Notes: generated by a model not told the origin, from the sequence alone. 64,000 nucleotides of DNA from Moorena producens (GCF_965240435.1 NZ_CBDEKO010000003.1); one strand, 5' to 3'; positions 1-10,327 are shown, numbered from the stretch's first letter. Numbers and translations are program-made.

Positions 1-2
1 GC

Positions 3-407
3 AATGATATTTTACTGGGTGGAGCAGGGAATGATAGCTTAGATGGTGGTGATGGGGAAGACTTCCTGGTTGGTGGCATAGGGCTAGATAGCCTCACAGG
101 CTGGAATGGTGGTGATACATTTGTTCTAACCCAAGAAACTAACCCGATCACTGATCCAGGATTAGCTGATCAAATCACTGACTTCAATAAATTTGAAGGA
201 GATAAGATTGGTCTGACAGTCGAAGTCTTAGTAGACGATATTGTCTTAGACGTATTTGATAGCACTGGTAATGGCATTGCTGATGCCACTTTGGTTAAAT
301 TCAATAACGATATTCTAGCTGTAGTCAAAGGAAGCGTAGATGGACAGGGTGCAACCACCCTAACTAATGATGATTTCATCACAGTATCTGATGCAATTTT
401 AGGATAA
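3..407 (+). CDS. 5'-truncated CDS (no in-window start); C-terminal part of a hemolysin-type (RTX) calcium-binding repeat protein
   Basis: Open frame from window edge to TAA at 405-407; translation NDILLGGAGNDSLDGGDGEDFLVGGIGLDSLTGWNGGDTFVL... shows GGxGxD nonapeptide repeats typical of RTX Ca-binding repeats. Not in ORF track because no in-window start codon. Confidence 0.55.
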   Translation, partial: NDILLGGAGNDSLDGGDGEDFLVGGIGLDSLTGWNGGDTFVLTQETNPITDPGLADQITDFNKFEGDKIGLTVEVLVDDIVLDVFDSTGNGIADATLVKFNNDILAVVKGSVDGQGATTLTNDDFITVSDAILG

Positions 408-541
408 GATTGATAAGTAGTAAGAATCACCTTGATAAGTAGTCGGAATCAGCCCATCCCTTACATCTGTTAACTCATCCGTTGTCCCATATATTGCCCC
501 ATTACTCTATCAGCTAAAATCTGAGCTAGGAAAACCTAACC

Positions 542-1324
542 ATGACTATTCTTTCTAGAGCATCCCTTGAACCACAGGAAATTACTGAGTTTCTGAAACG
601 AGAAATCCAGCTCAAAGACGTCTCTGAGAAAATTTTGTATCAAAAAGTCATTAATCGAGCTGCTGCGGAAAGAAACTTAACCGTCACCGCCGAAGAAATT
701 CAGGAAGAGGCAGATAAATTCCGTCACGAAAATCGCTTGGAGAAAGCTTCAGAAACTCTAGCTTGGCTAGCGGATAATATGATTACTTCTGATGACTGGG
801 AAGCCGGAATTCGTCAGCAATTGCTAGCTAAAAAGTTATCCAAGTGTCTATTTGATAAAGACGTAGAAAAGTTTTTTGGTCAAAACCGACTAGATTTTGA
901 CCAAATCTTGCTCTATCAAATTATTGTAGCTAACGAGAAACTTGCCCAAGAACTATTCTATCAAATTGAAGAAAAAGAAATTAGCTTTTATCAAGCAGCT
1001 CATATCTACGACATTGATGAGGAACGCCGACAGAAGTGCGGTTTTGAAGGGAAGCTTTACCGTTGGAATTTACGTACAGATATAGCAGCGATTGTCTTTG
1101 GTGTACCTATTGGACAAGTGGTCAATCCCGTCAAAACTCCTCAGGGTTATCATATCTTGATGGTAGAAAGGTTTATCCCTGCTGAATTAACACCAGAAAG
1201 GTACGACGAGATATTGGATAGACTGTTTCAAGATTGGCTCAATCGTGAACTCAACTATATGCTTCATAGTGACACTATGGTTGATAATGTTGAGAGTCAA
1301 ACTGCCGAGGCGTTGGGTCAGTAG
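542..1324 (+). CDS. PpiC/parvulin-type peptidyl-prolyl cis-trans isomerase (SurA/PrsA-like)
   Basis: 260 aa ORF; C-terminal rotamase signature ...GQVVNPVKTPQGYHILMVE...; N-terminal chaperone-like region. Confidence 0.7.
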   Translation: MTILSRASLEPQEITEFLKREIQLKDVSEKILYQKVINRAAAERNLTVTAEEIQEEADKFRHENRLEKASETLAWLADNMITSDDWEAGIRQQLLAKKLSKCLFDKDVEKFFGQNRLDFDQILLYQIIVANEKLAQELFYQIEEKEISFYQAAHIYDIDEERRQKCGFEGKLYRWNLRTDIAAIVFGVPIGQVVNPVKTPQGYHILMVERFIPAELTPERYDEILDRLFQDWLNRELNYMLHSDTMVDNVESQTAEALGQ

Positions 1325-1450
1325 TGGCATGATTGAGGGTAATGGGTAATGGGTAAGTAAGCTAATCCGCTACTTGAGGTGCTATCAGCTGAATGCTTAC
1401 CCTTTAAAGTAGGTAAATCTCAATCAACAAAGCCATGGAGGCATTAAATT

Positions 1451-1669
1451 ATGATTCGCTCCAAGATAATCAGAAAATGGATAGTTTCACCAGATGGAAA
1501 TATAGTAGTCCAAGCCGAAAGTAGAACATTTGCATCTGGTGAGCAAGCAAACACCAGTCAAGAGGTTACTGTGACCAGAGAGTCGGGCAGGAGTTATAGT
1601 AGAAGTTCCAGCTCTAGCGTTGCATCTTCTACGGTCAAAGATAAGGAAGCAAAATCAGGAAAAAAATAA
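1451..1669 (+). CDS. small hypothetical protein (72 aa), Ser-rich C-terminus
   Basis: GGAGG-like RBS ~8 nt upstream of ATG; followed by hairpin GGGAGCAttttGCTCCC (1670-1686). No family recognised. Confidence 0.35.
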   Translation: MIRSKIIRKWIVSPDGNIVVQAESRTFASGEQANTSQEVTVTRESGRSYSRSSSSSVASSTVKDKEAKSGKK

Positions 1670-1686
1670 GGGAGCATTTTGCTCCC
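1670..1686 (+). terminator. candidate intrinsic terminator hairpin after small ORF
   Basis: GGGAGC/GCTCCC 6-bp stem, followed by T-rich tract (gtattttt). Confidence 0.3.
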
Positions 1687-1897
1687 ACTAGCGGTATTTT
1701 TGCTAACTAATCACTAATTATATCAAATCCGGTTGACTAATTATCATATTCCTGATATAATATGGTAACTAATGATTGGTAAATTAGTAATTGGTAGTTG
1801 ACAATTTCCCATTACCGATTACTAATTTATAATTAGCAACAATCCAGGAAATAGTTGATATGTGATTAACCGAAATTGATTATAATTAATAGTATGA

Positions 1898-2737
1898 TTA
1901 ATCCCTTAATAATTTTGATTTATCAGTAAAATTTTTGGTTTTTACTCGGTATCCAATGCTCAGTAAACCTAAGAAAAGTAAGCCTAGCAAGTTTGACGAT
2001 TCAGGAGCTTTAACGGTTGCCTTATTCGTTTTAGCTTCAACTAAGGTCAAATAAGTTGCTGTCTCGAAAGTGCGCTCATAATAACCCTGAACATCAGCCA
2101 GAGCAAATTCCTCTGTTCCTCCAAACAACTTAGTAAAGTCGTTATCAGCAAACACATTTTCACTGTGAGCAGACTCAAGGAAATCATCATCTCCTAGAGT
2201 TTCTAAATTACCAGAGAGAGCGAAGAAGTCGATGGGAGTAGTTAAGTCATCGCTGTGATATAACTCTAAAGCTACGGTGCCAAAAGCACTTGCACTTTCG
2301 GCAGGTGGATTGTCGATTAATGTGATTAGATCCAGAAAACCATTGAAATCGAAAGAAAAGGTTTCCCCTGCATCGACAAAGAAGTTGTAACCGATAAGTC
2401 CAGCAAAACTTTCCGCTACACCACGGTAGTTGCTTCCTTCACCCTCAGCGGTACTCAAAGATTTATTACGAGCTCGTTTTAGTGGATCGAGTGAATCAGG
2501 GTTAAAACTTGACTGCGCGTTCGCCTCAGCAATCACATCACCCCCAGTTGAAATCACAAAAGTGTCGGCTTCAGCCAGGGTAACGACTTCTAGAGGATCA
2601 GTACTAAAGTTTCTCAAGTCGAAGGATCCTTTAGACAAAGCGAAAGTAGCAGCCAGACTGGGTGCAGCAGCGAGAACGGAAGTGGTTACTGTAGCGAAGA
2701 GTGCTAATTTTTTAGCAATGGTTTTGTTCATTTTCAT
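1898..2737 (-). CDS. secreted protein with N-terminal signal peptide and PEP-CTERM-like C-terminal sorting region
   Basis: N-term MKMNKTIAKKLALFATVTTSVLAAAPSLAA (signal peptide); C-term ...KAPESSNLLGLLFLGLLSIGYRVKTKN (PE motif + hydrophobic helix + basic cluster) resembles exosortase substrates; 12-aa tail after basic cluster is atypical. Confidence 0.5.
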   Translation of the reverse strand: MKMNKTIAKKLALFATVTTSVLAAAPSLAATFALSKGSFDLRNFSTDPLEVVTLAEADTFVISTGGDVIAEANAQSSFNPDSLDPLKRARNKSLSTAEGEGSNYRGVAESFAGLIGYNFFVDAGETFSFDFNGFLDLITLIDNPPAESASAFGTVALELYHSDDLTTPIDFFALSGNLETLGDDDFLESAHSENVFADNDFTKLFGGTEEFALADVQGYYERTFETATYLTLVEAKTNKATVKAPESSNLLGLLFLGLLSIGYRVKTKNFTDKSKLLRD

Positions 2738-3368
2738 AATTTTCAGCGAAGTTTTTTTGAATTGCCTAAATTTGTGGTTAAATTTGGGAAATTAAAGGCA
2801 CAATAATTGTTCTGATACTAGTGTTGTCATTGTTGTAGTCAACAGTGTTCACAGATATTTATATTTATTGGTGCCAACACAAAATCCGGAAAATGATTAT
2901 AAAGAATGGTAAAAATTTTCCTTTATATCATTTTTTATCCGGAAAAAATCCCTATTTATAGGTAAGCATTAAGTTCAGACAATTGCTGATAGCTGGCAAT
3001 GGTAGGATGCGGTTAGGGCGTTAGCTGACGACTTAATACTTACATTTATAGATTAAGAATAAGCGAAAAATTCGCTATTAATTATAAAGTCAGCGTAATT
3101 ATACGTATAGATTATTTAAAGACTTTGTGAACTTAATTTCCGGCACGTAAAGAATTTATAAAAAGCTTTCGCTGGATCATTAAACTGTGCTGGAAAGGAT
3201 TGAAAGATGAACTGTCGGCTATAATCCTTATTTAGATTGGTTTTAGCCAATTCAGTTATGCAATTTATTAACCTGATTTTTATCCAACTTGGAGGGAATA
3301 ATCAGGGAGTTAGTTCTCAGTAATTGAGTTCTGATACCGAGTTAGATTCAAAGATAGTAGATTGCTTG

Positions 3369-3448
3369 GATAGGGAGATAGGGAGATAGGGAGATAGGGA
3401 GATGGGGAGATGGGGAGATGGGGAGATGGAGAGATGGAGAGATTGGGG
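3369..3448. repeat. octamer tandem array (GATAGGGA / GATGGGGA) ~10 copies
   Basis: Direct reading: gatagggagatagggagataggga...gatggggagatgggga...; reverse complement of the CCCCATCT array at 33190-33305. Confidence 0.9.
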
Positions 3449-3934
3449 GAAGAGAAAGTTGTACGTTTGTCCGCAACTTGGTATGAGTAATTGAAACTAT
3501 GCTCATGATTGTCTATATATAGTTGTGGAGCATAGTGACCTTAAACCTAAAGCTGGTGTAAAGTTAGAGCTGGTAAAGTTAAAGCTGGTCAGTATTTTGG
3601 GGTGCTTGTATTACCCCCAGACCAATTCCCGATTATCTATTACCTGATATATCTATTACCTGATAAGGGATATAAGAAGATATAATAATTAGCCAGCTGG
3701 AAATGATAATCCGATTATAGTAAGATAAATTTGTGGGTTATAGTAAGCTCGGTTAATCACATCGTTGACTCTAAAACTATCAATGAATTAAGCCAGTGGA
3801 ATTGAACCGAGTTATGGAGTATTTGATAGTGTTATGTTAGAAGTAAGCATAATTTAGATTCCAGCAATTAAAAAATTAAAGACAACTTAACTAGGAGTCC
3901 TGTTTCTAGTTTAAAGTGTAACGATTTTAAAAAT

Positions 3935-4930
3935 CTAATCTCTGCTAATGCCACTAACTTTCAGAACGTCAGTAAGTGTAGGACAGTAAGTCGGTAAACC
4001 AAAGGTGGTTGGATTAACGGGGTTGTGATAAATAAAATGTCGGTAATTCAAGGAAAACCGACTCCAAGGATCCATCTGAATCCGGAACAGCACAATAAAG
4101 ATATTGGCAAGCCAGATAAACAATGGTAGGCGAAAATAAATTTGTTTACCTAGATACTTACAAACTTCTTCTACGGCTTGGTTGACACTCAACGGCTGAC
4201 AACCTAAAACCAATCTACCACTAGACATCCACTCTGCTTCTACACTCAATGGTTGAGAGGGATGATGATCAATCAGGTATCGCACGACCTGAGCAATATC
4301 TTGGGCGTGGATGAAGTGGAAACTGCCATCAGCTCTAAACCAACGAATCAAGTTAATCCATTTGACAATATCTGGGAGTCCCGATGACAGATGGGAGTAG
4401 GGTTTAGTTTCATCTCCCCCTAGTACCAAGGTAGGAAAGAGGGTAGTAATCTTAGGAGCGGACGCTAATTGGGATAAGCGCTTCAGACAAGTGTATTTGG
4501 AATAGATATATTCTGTTCCAAGTTCACCAGCTTCTTTGAGTAATTGGTTATTCCTATCCAGTACGCTAGCAGTAGAGAAATAAATTACTTGCTCACAAAC
4601 AGTAGGGTCAAGCAAGTTGATTAACTCGATAGTTTTGACAACGTTAATATCAAATGTTTCCTGTTGCCCTCCCCAAGCGGTTGCTGCCAGAATTGCTGCA
4701 TCCATGGTCTTGAGCAAGTCACCAAAGTCTTCAATCTGGCGCAGGTCACCTTTTAGGATGGTAATGGGAGCACGCCCCTTGTCGCCAAACTTCAAGTCGT
4801 CAAACTTTAATTTGTCAGGGTTTCTGACTAACAAATACAACTCATGGTCAGTGTCGAGACTTAAGGCTTCAGTGATGTAGTGACCAATGCAGCCACTAGC
4901 ACCAGTTATAAAAATCCGCTTGGAGGTCAT
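3935..4930 (-). CDS. NAD-dependent epimerase/dehydratase family protein (extended SDR)
   Basis: ORF track 3935..4987; probable true start at internal MTSKRIFITGASGCIGHY (Rossmann GxxGxxG at N-terminus), so start placed at 4930. Confidence 0.7.
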   Translation of the reverse strand: MTSKRIFITGASGCIGHYITEALSLDTDHELYLLVRNPDKLKFDDLKFGDKGRAPITILKGDLRQIEDFGDLLKTMDAAILAATAWGGQQETFDINVVKTIELINLLDPTVCEQVIYFSTASVLDRNNQLLKEAGELGTEYIYSKYTCLKRLSQLASAPKITTLFPTLVLGGDETKPYSHLSSGLPDIVKWINLIRWFRADGSFHFIHAQDIAQVVRYLIDHHPSQPLSVEAEWMSSGRLVLGCQPLSVNQAVEEVCKYLGKQIYFRLPLFIWLANIFIVLFRIQMDPWSRFSLNYRHFIYHNPVNPTTFGLPTYCPTLTDVLKVSGISRD

Positions 4931-5737
4931 GGGATTTTGAATTTTAGATTTAATTATGTACTCCCGATCCTGACCTAACACAAACAAACAACTAGGTCAA
5001 CTACTTCTAGGGGTACAAGAAGGTTTTGATCGAGTGAAGAATACTTCCTTTATTGTTGTGGTGATGCATCTTGAAGGATTCTATCCTTAGTCGTCTAATC
5101 AAGTATCTGCACTCTCAAGATAGTTGTATAAGGTTGTTAATCTCATCCCCTTGAAGGGGATGAGACTGAAGCGAGGATTCCATTTAGTGGAGGGGCTACG
5201 TGGACAAGTAAACGTCTGCACCTTGAAAGCCCGGTCCAACTCTGACCGAAGGATACCCTAGGCAGGACTAGCGATCCCCAAACCTATGACTGCTAGAGGG
5301 AGAAAATGGGACAGAATCTGGTTATCGATTCTCTACTGTTCTATAAAACGTGAACATCGCGGACAAAAACGTCACAACGACGCCTGTTTACTTCCTGTTT
5401 CAACTAGGACTGTCGGCAGCACCCTATCCACAGGCTTCAAATCGGCTGGAACCCAACCTAATATTGAAATTGAATTTGAGGTGACAACTTTGTGGCTCTA
5501 CTCCGTTATTTTCGGGAGATTTAAAACTGATGGCTTTACTCAGTTACCTTTTCACAGGCTACCCACTCTTGTAGAAGATTATCTGGATGTCAAGCCTAAT
5601 ACTGTTATTGCTTGGTTATTGCATAGGCCGATTGTACCACATTCCCAGAGGAGTTTTGTTGAAAACATGCGGGTATGTTACCCATGCGTAACGCTAATCA
5701 TGTACTAGATTGCTACTCTCTCTTGTGTTATCGACTA

Positions 5738-6799
5738 TTATGCATGAACAGCCATTAATTCATTTGCCTTTTTGGCAGTTTCAAAGAAGAATCTAACGTT
5801 ATCTTCTGGAGTGCCGGGTAAAACACCATGACCGAGATTTAAGATATGACCTTTGTGGCCAGCTTTGCGAATAGTATCGACAATGCGATCGCGAATAAAA
5901 GCTTGTGACCCAAAGAGCACTCCTGGGTCGATATTGCCCTGAACTTTCAGATCAGGACCCAATCTTTTTCTAGCTTCTGCCATGTCTACGGTCCAGTCTA
6001 CGCTGACCATATCAACCCCGGACTGTCCCATGCGTTCAAGCACTCCAGCGCTACCACTGATATAGAGAATGAAGGGGGTATCTGGGTGAGTGGCTTTAAC
6101 CTGCTGTACTACTCGCTGCTGATAGGGTAAGGCAAAGGTTTCGTAGTCTTGGGGACTCAGTTCACCTGCCCAAGAGTCAAACATTTGTATGACCTGAGCA
6201 CCGCTATTGATTTGGTAACGGACATAGATAGCGATCGCATCAGCTAGCTTACCCAAGAATTGGTGTAGCATAGCTGGTTGTGAGAAGGCCATTCCTTTAA
6301 TAATGGAGTAATTTTTAGAACTTTTACCCTCAATGGCATAAGCGCCCAAAGTCCAGGGAGCACCGACAAAACCTAGCACTGCTGCTTTATTGCCGACTTC
6401 GTCCCGTAGCGCCTTCAAAATTTCCCGGATAAACCCAAATTTCTCTAAATCCAACAGATGTAGCTGGTCAATTTGTTCCTGGGTACGAATCGGTTGGTTA
6501 ATGATTGGCCCTTTACTTTCGACAATATCAAAATCGATACCAATCCCTGGCAATGGAGTTAGAATATCAGAGAACAAAATCACTCCATCTGGTTTAAACG
6601 CTTTCCAGGGTTGTAGAGAAATCTCAATCGCTATGTCGGGATTTTCGGAGCGCTCGCGAAAACTCGGATACTTATCCCGTAAATCGCGATAAACCTTCAT
6701 ATAACGACCTGCCTGTCGCATCATCCACACAGGGGGGCGCTCTAACTCCTCACCACGAGCCGCCCTCAACAAATAAGGAACCTGGGTTGACCCAGCCAT
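5738..6799 (-). CDS. hemE: uroporphyrinogen decarboxylase
   Basis: 353 aa; [13 protein letters not shown]..., ...[16 protein letters not shown]... hallmark HemE motifs. Confidence 0.95.
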   Translation of the reverse strand: MAGSTQVPYLLRAARGEELERPPVWMMRQAGRYMKVYRDLRDKYPSFRERSENPDIAIEISLQPWKAFKPDGVILFSDILTPLPGIGIDFDIVESKGPIINQPIRTQEQIDQLHLLDLEKFGFIREILKALRDEVGNKAAVLGFVGAPWTLGAYAIEGKSSKNYSIIKGMAFSQPAMLHQFLGKLADAIAIYVRYQINSGAQVIQMFDSWAGELSPQDYETFALPYQQRVVQQVKATHPDTPFILYISGSAGVLERMGQSGVDMVSVDWTVDMAEARKRLGPDLKVQGNIDPGVLFGSQAFIRDRIVDTIRKAGHKGHILNLGHGVLPGTPEDNVRFFFETAKKANELMAVHA

Positions 6800-6997
6800 A
6801 TGGTATCTATCCTATTATACTTTTTTAAGTGTATTTGTCAGCTTATCATGCTGGTATTCCGTTTACTCTCCTGATTTGAGAAGATTAAAAAAGTGTTAAT
6901 AATAAGTTACATTCTAAGACGGTGCCTTGGCCAAAAGGCCACGCTACGCGAACTTTAAAAGGTGATGGAAACAAACGGAATAACAAGCTTTCCAGCT

Positions 6998-7150
6998 TCA
7001 ACCTGCTAACCTGCTAACTGGCTAACCTGCTAACTGGCTAACCTGCTAACTGGCTAACCTTGGCCAAAAAGCCACGGGTGCGCGTTCAACCTGCCAACTT
7101 TCAACCTGCTAACCTGCTAACCTGCTAACCTGCTAACCTGCTAACCTCCA
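6998..7150. repeat. octamer tandem arrays (CCTGCTAA / CTGGCTAA) interrupted by a palindromic GGCCAAAAAGCC element
   Basis: Direct reading; array supplies the stop codon (TAG) of the adjacent minus-strand ldcA-like gene. Confidence 0.9.
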
Positions 7151-8169
7151 ACCCAACTCAACGTCCCGGCCTCAGCATCTAGTTCAACCAGCTGTCCGAC
7201 AGGAAGAGCAGCGTTAACCCCATCGTGACCGAAAGGCAAGTCAGAGACAACCGGTATACCGAGATCCCAAATGCGATCGCGCAACACTTCCTCCACAGTC
7301 CAGCTAGGAACATCCTTGGGAGGAGCACAACGGCTAAACCGCCCTAAGGCAATACCTTTCACCCCGGCCATTGCACCACTCATCCGCCACTGAGTCAACA
7401 TCCGGTCAATGCGGTAGGGAGCCTCAGTGACATCTTCGAGAGCAAGAATAACTCCTGATAAGGAAGGTTGTAGGGGTGTACCCAGCAGATGAGTAGCGAC
7501 TGTAAGATTAGCCGGTAGCAACACACCAGAAACTTTACCACCTCCCCAACCAACCCCTTTCAAGGGAGCTATGGGTCGTCCTTCCACCCAATCAAACAAC
7601 CGATTGAGTGACCATTCCGGTTCACCAGCAATAGTAGTCAGTAACGGACCATGAACACCCGAAATCCCAATCTGACCAAGACTCCACAGTAAAGCAGTAA
7701 TATCTGAAAAACCAATCAACCACTTCAAAGCAGAGGTTACAGGTTGGTTTGTTGAAGGTTGCAGATTGGTCGAGGTTACAGGCCACGCTTCGCGAACAAC
7801 CTTCAACCTGCCAACCTTCAACTCTTCTGGCCATGTCCAGTCTTCCAGAAGTCTAGCGCTACCATAACCACCTCTACCACAGAGAATGCCCCGACATTTG
7901 GGGTCAAGACAGGCTTCGAGCAACTGTTGGCGTCGCTGACTATCAGTCCCAGCTAGGTAACCTTCCCTAGCGTTCCAGTTCTGTGGTAATTGCACATGGT
8001 AGCCACGGGATCGCCAAATCTCAATCCCCCGATTGAAAGCATCAACCTCACGCAAGGTTCCACTGGGAACAATTACCCGCAATAGATCTGGCGGTTTTAA
8101 GGGTGGTGGTAGCTGGCATACAGAAAAACTAGTCCTGGTCTTCTGCACAGAAAGTTGATTCACGCTCAC
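7141..8169 (-). CDS. ldcA: LD-carboxypeptidase (peptidase S66, LdcA-like) carrying an in-frame repeat-derived insertion
   Basis: ...LKPPDLLRVIVPSG..., ...RGGYGSARLL..., nucleophile motif GFSDITALL, ...ILALEDVTEAPYRIDRML...; ~30 extra aa (ELKVGRLKVVREAWPVTSTNLQPSTNQPVTS) encoded by a STRR/palindromic-repeat-like segment at ~7730-7850. Start codon uncertain. Confidence 0.8.
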   Translation of the reverse strand: MSVNQLSVQKTRTSFSVCQLPPPLKPPDLLRVIVPSGTLREVDAFNRGIEIWRSRGYHVQLPQNWNAREGYLAGTDSQRRQQLLEACLDPKCRGILCGRGGYGSARLLEDWTWPEELKVGRLKVVREAWPVTSTNLQPSTNQPVTSALKWLIGFSDITALLWSLGQIGISGVHGPLLTTIAGEPEWSLNRLFDWVEGRPIAPLKGVGWGGGKVSGVLLPANLTVATHLLGTPLQPSLSGVILALEDVTEAPYRIDRMLTQWRMSGAMAGVKGIALGRFSRCAPPKDVPSWTVEEVLRDRIWDLGIPVVSDLPFGHDGVNAALPVGQLVELDAEAGTLSWVGG

Positions 8170-8386
8170 CGAATTCCGCAGTAGCTCTTAAGTCACCCCT
8201 TGATTTTAAACCCTTGAATCAATGTCACGAATAGCCCAGGGTTAAATGCTTACCAACACATTGAACTACAATCCCCAAAAGCGCTATGCTAGTAAGGTGT
8301 GTAGCTAAGAGGTGTGGTATATCAAAACTCTGGCGACCCAGTAAAGTAACTATAAAAACAAAACCATCACAATTGACAATTGACGT

Positions 8387-9826
8387 ATGTTTGATGCTCT
8401 CGCCGAACGCTTAGAAGATGCTTGGAAAAAACTACGGGGTCAGGACAAGATCTCTAGTTCTAACATCCAAGACGCCCTAAAAGAAGTGCGTCGCGCCCTC
8501 TTATCAGCAGACGTCAACCTACAAGTAGTCAAAGATTTCGTTGCTGGAGTAGAAGCGAAAGCACAAGGCAGTGAAGTCATATCAGGTGTTCGCCCTGACC
8601 AGCAGTTCATCAAAATAGTCTACGACGAACTGGTGCAAGTGATGGGGGAAACCAATATTCCCCTAGCCCAAGCAGACACCCCACCAACCGTTGTGCTAAT
8701 GGCTGGTCTACAAGGTACTGGTAAAACTACGGCTAGTGCAAAACTCGCTTTACATCTGCGTAAGCAAGAACGTAGCTGTCTGCTAGTGGCTACAGACGTG
8801 TATCGACCCGCAGCCATTGATCAATTAGTCACCCTTGGTCAACAAATTGATGTACCCGTGTTTGAGTTAGGTACAGAAGCTGACCCAGTAGACATTGCTC
8901 GTCAAGGGGTAGAACGGGCAAAAGCAATGGCTATCGATACGGTAATTATCGATACAGCGGGACGACTGCAAATCGACCAAGACATGATGGGAGAACTCTC
9001 CCGCATCAAAGAAACCGTCCAACCCCACGATACCCTACTAGTGGTGGATGCCATGACTGGTCAGGAAGCAGCAACCCTGACCCGCACCTTCCATGAGCAA
9101 ATCGGTATTACTGGGGCAATTCTCTCCAAACTTGATGGGGATAGTCGTGGTGGTGCTGCCCTTTCAGTCAGGCAAATTTCAGGTCAGCCGATTAAATTTG
9201 TTGGGGTTGGGGAAAAGGTCGAGGCACTACAACCATTTTATCCTGACCGGATGGCATCCCGGATTCTGGGTATGGGGGATGTACTCACCTTGGTTGAGAA
9301 AGCCCAGGAAGAGATTGACATCGCTGATGCTGAACAGATGCAACAGAAAATGCTGGAAGCAAAATTTGACTTCAGCGATTTCTTGAAGCAGATGCGCCTG
9401 TTAAAGAACATGGGATCCCTTGGTGGCTTGATGAAACTGGTTCCAGGCATGGGCAAACTCAGTTCTTCTCAACTTCAACAAGGGGAAACCAAGCTCAAGC
9501 AGTCCGAAGCTATGATTAGCTCCATGACCTCCGAGGAGCGTCGTAACCCAGATTTATTAGCTAGCTCTCCGAGCCGCCGCCGCCGCATTGCCCAAGGTTC
9601 TGGTCATACGGAAAAAGACGTCAGGGGTCTGGTGAGTGAATTTACCAGAATGCGATCGCTTATGCAGCAAATGGGTCAAGGTCAGATGCCAGCCATGGGG
9701 GGGTTAGGTGGTATGTTCGGTGGTATGGGTGGTGGAAATCCTCGTAATCTACCTGGTTGGCGTGGTAGTGGCTCTGGCAAGAAAAAGAAAAAAGGTAAGA
9801 AGAAGAAGGGATTTGGGGAATTATAG
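8387..9826 (+). CDS. ffh: signal recognition particle protein Ffh
   Basis: 479 aa; N and G domains (GLQGTGKTT, DTAGRL), M-domain Met/Gly-rich C-terminus and Lys-rich tail. Confidence 0.95.
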   Translation: MFDALAERLEDAWKKLRGQDKISSSNIQDALKEVRRALLSADVNLQVVKDFVAGVEAKAQGSEVISGVRPDQQFIKIVYDELVQVMGETNIPLAQADTPPTVVLMAGLQGTGKTTASAKLALHLRKQERSCLLVATDVYRPAAIDQLVTLGQQIDVPVFELGTEADPVDIARQGVERAKAMAIDTVIIDTAGRLQIDQDMMGELSRIKETVQPHDTLLVVDAMTGQEAATLTRTFHEQIGITGAILSKLDGDSRGGAALSVRQISGQPIKFVGVGEKVEALQPFYPDRMASRILGMGDVLTLVEKAQEEIDIADAEQMQQKMLEAKFDFSDFLKQMRLLKNMGSLGGLMKLVPGMGKLSSSQLQQGETKLKQSEAMISSMTSEERRNPDLLASSPSRRRRIAQGSGHTEKDVRGLVSEFTRMRSLMQQMGQGQMPAMGGLGGMFGGMGGGNPRNLPGWRGSGSGKKKKKGKKKKGFGEL

Positions 9827-9831
9827 TAGAA

Positions 9832-10200
9832 AGTTAGCCAGTTGTTCGCGTAGCGTGGCCTTTTGGCCAAGGTTAGCCAGTTGTTCGCGTAGCGTGGCCT
9901 TTTGGCCAAGGTTAGCCAGTTGAACGCGCACCCGTGGCCTTTTGGCCAAGGTTAGAAGGTTGAACGCGCACCCGTGGCCTTTTGGCCAAGGTTACGCTTA
10001 AGGTTAGCCTGTTGTTAGCCTTTGGCGTTCGGTGTAGGGTAGCTTAGCTCCTAGAAGGTATGCCTGAAGGTTAGCCGGTTGTTCGCCTTTGGCCTTTCCG
10101 TAGGGTAGGTTAGCTCCTAGAAGGTGACGCGGTAGAAGATTAGCCAGTAGAAGGTATGCCTGAAGCTTAGCCTGTTCCCATCAGCCATGGGGTGTCGGGT
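9832..10200. repeat. array of ~40-bp palindromic repeat units (GTTAGCCAGTTGTTCGCGTAGCGTGGCCTTTTGGCCAAG and variants), 4 near-perfect + ~3 degenerate copies
   Basis: Direct reading; each unit contains palindrome GGCCTTTTGGCC; related single copies at 6920-6960, 7058-7088, ~7730-7850 (inside ldcA), 30850-30900, 50040-50070. Confidence 0.85.
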
Positions 10201-10327
10201 AGCTGAGAAGATTGTGAACAGGTAGCGGCTTGCCTGCTGAGTCAGTTACAATCTTCACAATTCAACCTGTTCACTTTCAAACCCCCAAAGATCGCTTAAA
10301 ATCAAACAGGTGAATTAATTAGGTACA

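Noticed and set aside
5286-5708. 140-aa ORF in the hemE-downstream gap
   Set aside because: No RBS, odd composition (Cys/Trp-rich, no motifs); likely non-coding.
5100-5720. Possible RNase P RNA or tmRNA in the long gap downstream of hemE (GAAAGCCCGGTCC resembles the P4 5' strand GAAAGUCCGGGCUCC; GACAGAATCTGGTTATCG resembles the 3' P4 strand region)
   Set aside because: The near-universal RNase P motifs (GGAAAGUCCGGGCUCC, ACAGAACCCGGCUUA) are not matched closely enough, and the two candidate P4 strands are not complementary to each other. No tmRNA hallmarks (GGUUCGAUUCC T-arm, tag reading frame) found.
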